Positions 15,115 to 15,169 of a stretch of 15,169 nucleotides of DNA are shown here, piece by piece (position 1 is the first letter of the stretch; each line of letters begins with the position of its first letter). Below the pieces are notes generated by a model, which worked only from the letters and a program-made list of their open reading frames with translations, was not told the DNA's origin and did not search any database. A program made the translations under genes and the position numbers. This stretch comes from Chlamydiota bacterium (GTDB lineage Bacteria > Auribacterota > Tritonobacteria > UBA1439): the NCBI GenBank assembly GCA_037133055.1, contig JBAXOY010000077.1:1-15169 (forward strand). The letters are read 5' to 3'.

Positions 15115-15169
15115 CTACTTTATGACCTCGGAGACCCTGCCCGCGCCGACCGTGCGGCCGCCCTCGCGC
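15115..15169 (-). CDS. tuf: Elongation factor Tu, 3' end only (copy upstream of rpmG)
   Basis: Manual translation [21 protein letters not shown] (TAG 15117-15115), the canonical EF-Tu C-terminus. Confidence 0.96.
   Translation of the reverse strand, partial: REGGRTVGAGRVSEVIK

Overview
GC-rich bacterial DNA in which every gene lies on the minus strand. It is the conserved transcription/translation superoperon, read in transcription order: tuf (3' end) - rpmG - tRNA-Trp(CCA) - secE - nusG - rplK - rplA - rplJ - rplL - rpoB - rpoC - rpsL - rpsG - fusA - tuf (5' end). RpoB, RpoC and SecE signatures look PVC-superphylum-like (inference, no search run). There are no accessory genes, mobile elements or CRISPR arrays. 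The unusual signal is in the spacers. (1) At least five carry 7-bp tandem repeat arrays from three sequence families and one carries 9-bp units; two arrays are head-to-head palindromes with a shared flank, and several sit where ribosomal-protein autoregulatory elements lie in model bacteria. (2) All five TGA stops are RTGA stop/start overlaps, two of which open mini-ORFs that bridge to the next gene. (3) L7/L12 has a ~38-aa N-terminal extension and RpoC a Lys/Ala-rich tail. (4) The window includes exactly 55 nt of tuf at each end, suggesting two near-identical tuf copies that broke the assembly.
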